Below are positions 61,324 to 64,000 of a stretch of DNA of 64,000 nt, piece by piece. Location: the IMG/VR virus record IMGVR_UViG_3300042892_000699; one strand, written 5' to 3'. The notes beneath the pieces were generated by a model. It made no database searches. It was not told where the DNA came from and worked only from the letters and a program-made list of their open reading frames with translations. The position numbers and the translations under genes were made by a program. The first letter of the stretch is position 1; every line of letters starts with the position of its first letter. The DNA is from a virus (taxonomy: Duplodnaviria; Caudoviricetes).

Positions 61324-63612
61324 TTAGCCGCCAGAACCAGTCTTTATAGGGTTCCCAGAACCATCAGTTACAATGCCGCCTGTGCCAGATTGTACAGTTG
61401 CTCCTTGCAATTGCCCTAAGAAACACTCGTAATAACCCTTCTTTTTAGCTTTAATATCGGCTGTGTTAAATCCAACAGACTTACAGGCAGCTTCAAAATA
61501 GTTAGGATCTGTTTGTGCAACTTTGCATCTGTCAAGCATATACTTGACACTGACTTCGGCTGCTATAGCAGGATTAGAAAGCAAGGACGGATTGCCTAAA
61601 AGATCCTGTCCTACCATAGTTCCGTATTTAGAATAGTTTGCTCGACCAGTTAATTGAATGTAGCCGCGTCCAATATATTTTCCGCCGTCGCCGGCTTGTG
61701 TATTGCCTAGACCTTTACCTTTGGCAGTTGTATAACCGTATAGAAACTCAGGTAAACTATTATTAGGATTGCCTGCATATTGTTGAGCAAGAGCTTTATC
61801 GCCTTTAAACACACTAGGGAATACTTGTAACAATCTATCTGCTGAATAATTAAACCCTTCATTAACTAACTTCCATCGACATTCACCGCCTGCGATACCT
61901 AACAAAGATGCTACTGCATACGGACTTGTTAAACCATATTTTGCGCAGGCTGCTTTAAGAGCTGCAATACCCGGAGCCGAAGAACTAGCATTGATATCTT
62001 TAGCATACTCTGGACTACATGTTCCTGCTACTACTTCTTCTTGGTTTGCAGGCTCTTGACTTCCTGTGGCAGGATTTGGTGCTACACCGCCTGCACTCCT
62101 GTCTGCAAGAGTTGCATCAGTTGCCGCAGGTGTAAATTTAGAAGGGTTAATATTTTCGTGCTGATCCCACGGCTCATGTGTAGGAACTCGTTGCATAATA
62201 CTCTTAATGCTATTCCCCTTATAGAATACACTATTTGCCCAACCAGCGGCGGCACTTCTATTAGGTAATGTAAACAATGGTAGGTCTGGTGGTGTTTCTG
62301 CAGTATCTGCAGGTGTAGGTGCGGCGGCGGATGGACCGTTTAAGTGAATTGCCGAACCGGATGCTATAATATTTCCATTAGCTCCCAGGTTTAATTGCCC
62401 CGCTGTGCCTATGCTAATAGTGCCCTCTGCCCCAAAATTTATTGTTGCACCTGCACTGGATTTAATATCGTTTGCTACATTAAGATTGTAAGAATTTGCA
62501 ATGCTTACTTTTGTAAGACCGCCAATAGTTTCATCGTGGGTACCTCTAACAGATATCTTTTGATCTTGATCAACTGTTAGATAATTGTATCCTGTGATAT
62601 TAGTTTCCATGTTCTTGCCGGCACGCACATGAATATTACGACCTGCTTCTATGTTAATATCACGGTCGGCTCGGAAGTTAAAATCTTGTTCACTGTGAAT
62701 GCTAACGCTGTCTGCTGCATATATATCAATCTTACCATTGCTGGTCATTTCAATCCATGCTGTACCTTTACTATTAGCAATGTAGATTAGGTCTTGACTG
62801 TTGTGCATCAAGATTTGATGTCCAGTTCTTGTACGCAATCTAACTAATTCATTTTGTCCATTAACATCCCCGTCATCCATAACAAAGGTAGTTCCTCCGA
62901 GTCTGCTTACAGGTGCTTGAGCATTACCTTCATAACCAATTCTACCTCGACGGGCTCCGGGACTATCATCTAATGGACCAGGTGTGCTAATGCCAAATAC
63001 TCCGCTAGGTACTTCTCGGCGAGCACTACTCGACGTAACACCGCGAATTGTATCTAGCAATAATCCTTGTTGTAATAACCTATCGGCAAAAGGATGCACA
63101 GGTTTTGCAAAACGATCAGGATTAGGGTTTTCTAATTTTTTAGAACTCTTGTGAAACTCTGCAACTGGCAGATAATCAGTTCCGTACTTTCTTCTTTGTT
63201 CATCTGTTAGTGCAGTTTGCTTTGTGGCTGCAATTCCCGGAGTCATGTGATTCTGGAATATGTCTTGTACGCATCCAAAAAAGTAACCTTGATTAGGGTC
63301 TCCGTCTATGAACAGGACCATAACTGTTGTTCCAACATCCGGCGGAACCATCCACATTCCGTAACTTTTTTGTACATCATTAAAGTCACTGCTGTTAGTA
63401 CCTTCGTATCTAATAGATGTTGTTCCTGCAAAGGGACTTAGATATCTAACTACATAAGTTTCGCCCTTTTCTTTAGTGGAACTGGGCATGCCTTTTAAAA
63501 GTGCAACTTCAAGACAGCCCATGTATGTAGGGTCAAGGTGGTTTGTTACTTCTGCTAGGAAAGGACCTGGGGAAGGCAACGGTGACCGCGATCTGGTTTC
63601 AAAAGACGCCAT
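61324..63612 (-). CDS. Baseplate hub/spike (T4 gp5-like) with C-terminal GH19 lysozyme/chitinase domain
   Basis: N-terminal OB motif GMWMVPPDVGTTVMV; LRTRTGHQI and beta-helix repeats; C-terminal GEC...EGFNYS...YIGRGYIQLTGRANY. Confidence 0.8.
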   Translation of the reverse strand: MASFETRSRSPLPSPGPFLAEVTNHLDPTYMGCLEVALLKGMPSSTKEKGETYVVRYLSPFAGTTSIRYEGTNSSDFNDVQKSYGMWMVPPDVGTTVMVLFIDGDPNQGYFFGCVQDIFQNHMTPGIAATKQTALTDEQRRKYGTDYLPVAEFHKSSKKLENPNPDRFAKPVHPFADRLLQQGLLLDTIRGVTSSSARREVPSGVFGISTPGPLDDSPGARRGRIGYEGNAQAPVSRLGGTTFVMDDGDVNGQNELVRLRTRTGHQILMHNSQDLIYIANSKGTAWIEMTSNGKIDIYAADSVSIHSEQDFNFRADRDINIEAGRNIHVRAGKNMETNITGYNYLTVDQDQKISVRGTHDETIGGLTKVSIANSYNLNVANDIKSSAGATINFGAEGTISIGTAGQLNLGANGNIIASGSAIHLNGPSAAAPTPADTAETPPDLPLFTLPNRSAAAGWANSVFYKGNSIKSIMQRVPTHEPWDQHENINPSKFTPAATDATLADRSAGGVAPNPATGSQEPANQEEVVAGTCSPEYAKDINASSSAPGIAALKAACAKYGLTSPYAVASLLGIAGGECRWKLVNEGFNYSADRLLQVFPSVFKGDKALAQQYAGNPNNSLPEFLYGYTTAKGKGLGNTQAGDGGKYIGRGYIQLTGRANYSKYGTMVGQDLLGNPSLLSNPAIAAEVSVKYMLDRCKVAQTDPNYFEAACKSVGFNTADIKAKKKGYYECFLGQLQGATVQSGTGGIVTDGSGNPIKTGSGG

Positions 63613-63616
63613 ATTC

Positions 63617-64000
63617 TTATCCCAATGTATTCCTATTAATTAATTTGTCTAACGGACTGTTGCCAGCTGAAATACTGCCAAATTTACTTGTAACGGAATC
63701 AACTAGTCCTTGACCCGGAACTAACGATTGTCCAGTAACATTTGCAATCTGTGATCTTGCAGTTAAGACTTTGTCAGCTGATATATTTGTATCAATGCTA
63801 TTTAATCTTCCTGTGAACCCAGACAAAGGATTATACTGTGCAGCAAATTCTTTGACAGCAGATAAATTCGGACTAGGTGCAACTGAGTATGGAGACGTTG
63901 CAGGCAAATTAGAAATTTTTGCAGATGGAATATAATCTAATACAACACCAGAATCAACTGCTTGACTTAGATTAACATCGGCAGGAGCTTTACTGATCAT
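63617..64000 (-). CDS. C-terminal part of an upstream tail/baseplate gene (truncated by window edge)
   Basis: ORF runs to the window end and sits directly upstream of the gp5-like gene. Confidence 0.4.
   Translation of the reverse strand: MISKAPADVNLSQAVDSGVVLDYIPSAKISNLPATSPYSVAPSPNLSAVKEFAAQYNPLSGFTGRLNSIDTNISADKVLTARSQIANVTGQSLVPGQGLVDSVTSKFGSISAGNSPLDKLINRNTLG

Noticed and set aside
2235-63441. Numerous 60-140 aa antisense or alternate-frame ORFs in the track
   Set aside because: They lie wholly within longer motif-bearing genes and have no RBS or recognisable motifs; treated as shadow ORFs.
1-64000. Stop-codon reassignment
   Set aside because: Standard-code ORFs tile the window almost without gaps, up to 4732 aa, and genes end in TAA, TGA and TAG.

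Overview
This 64 kb window is part of a large, tightly packed tailed-phage genome (T4-like myovirus gene content, standard genetic code). No tRNA, rRNA, CRISPR array, transposase or integrase was seen. It has four blocks. (1) 1-8.2 kb (+): beta-propeller tail-fibre-like genes, a 2OG-Fe(II) oxygenase and a fatty-acid desaturase. (2) 8.2-16.4 kb (+): probable internal head proteins. Two are polyprotein-like mosaics whose modules are joined by an in-frame repeat conserved at DNA level (CAAGGTGTGGCGGAAGGC = QGVAEG). One carries three different nucleotidyltransferase folds, and the other ends in a candidate programmed -1 frameshift. (3) 16.4-36 kb (mostly +): replication and nucleotide genes (family B DNA polymerase with a twin-hairpin leader, probable sliding clamp, RNase H, MoxR/VWA, DHFR, ThyA) and a 7-deazaguanine DNA-modification cluster (DpdA/TGT-like, DpdL/QueD-like, QueE) with a glycosyltransferase and a cupin. 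(4) 36-64 kb (-): tail and baseplate genes (three paralogous fibres, a subtilisin, a collagen-like protein, a 4732-aa baseplate protein, and gp6-, gp25- and gp5-like proteins, the last with a GH19 domain). All family calls come from motif recognition by eye; no searches were run.
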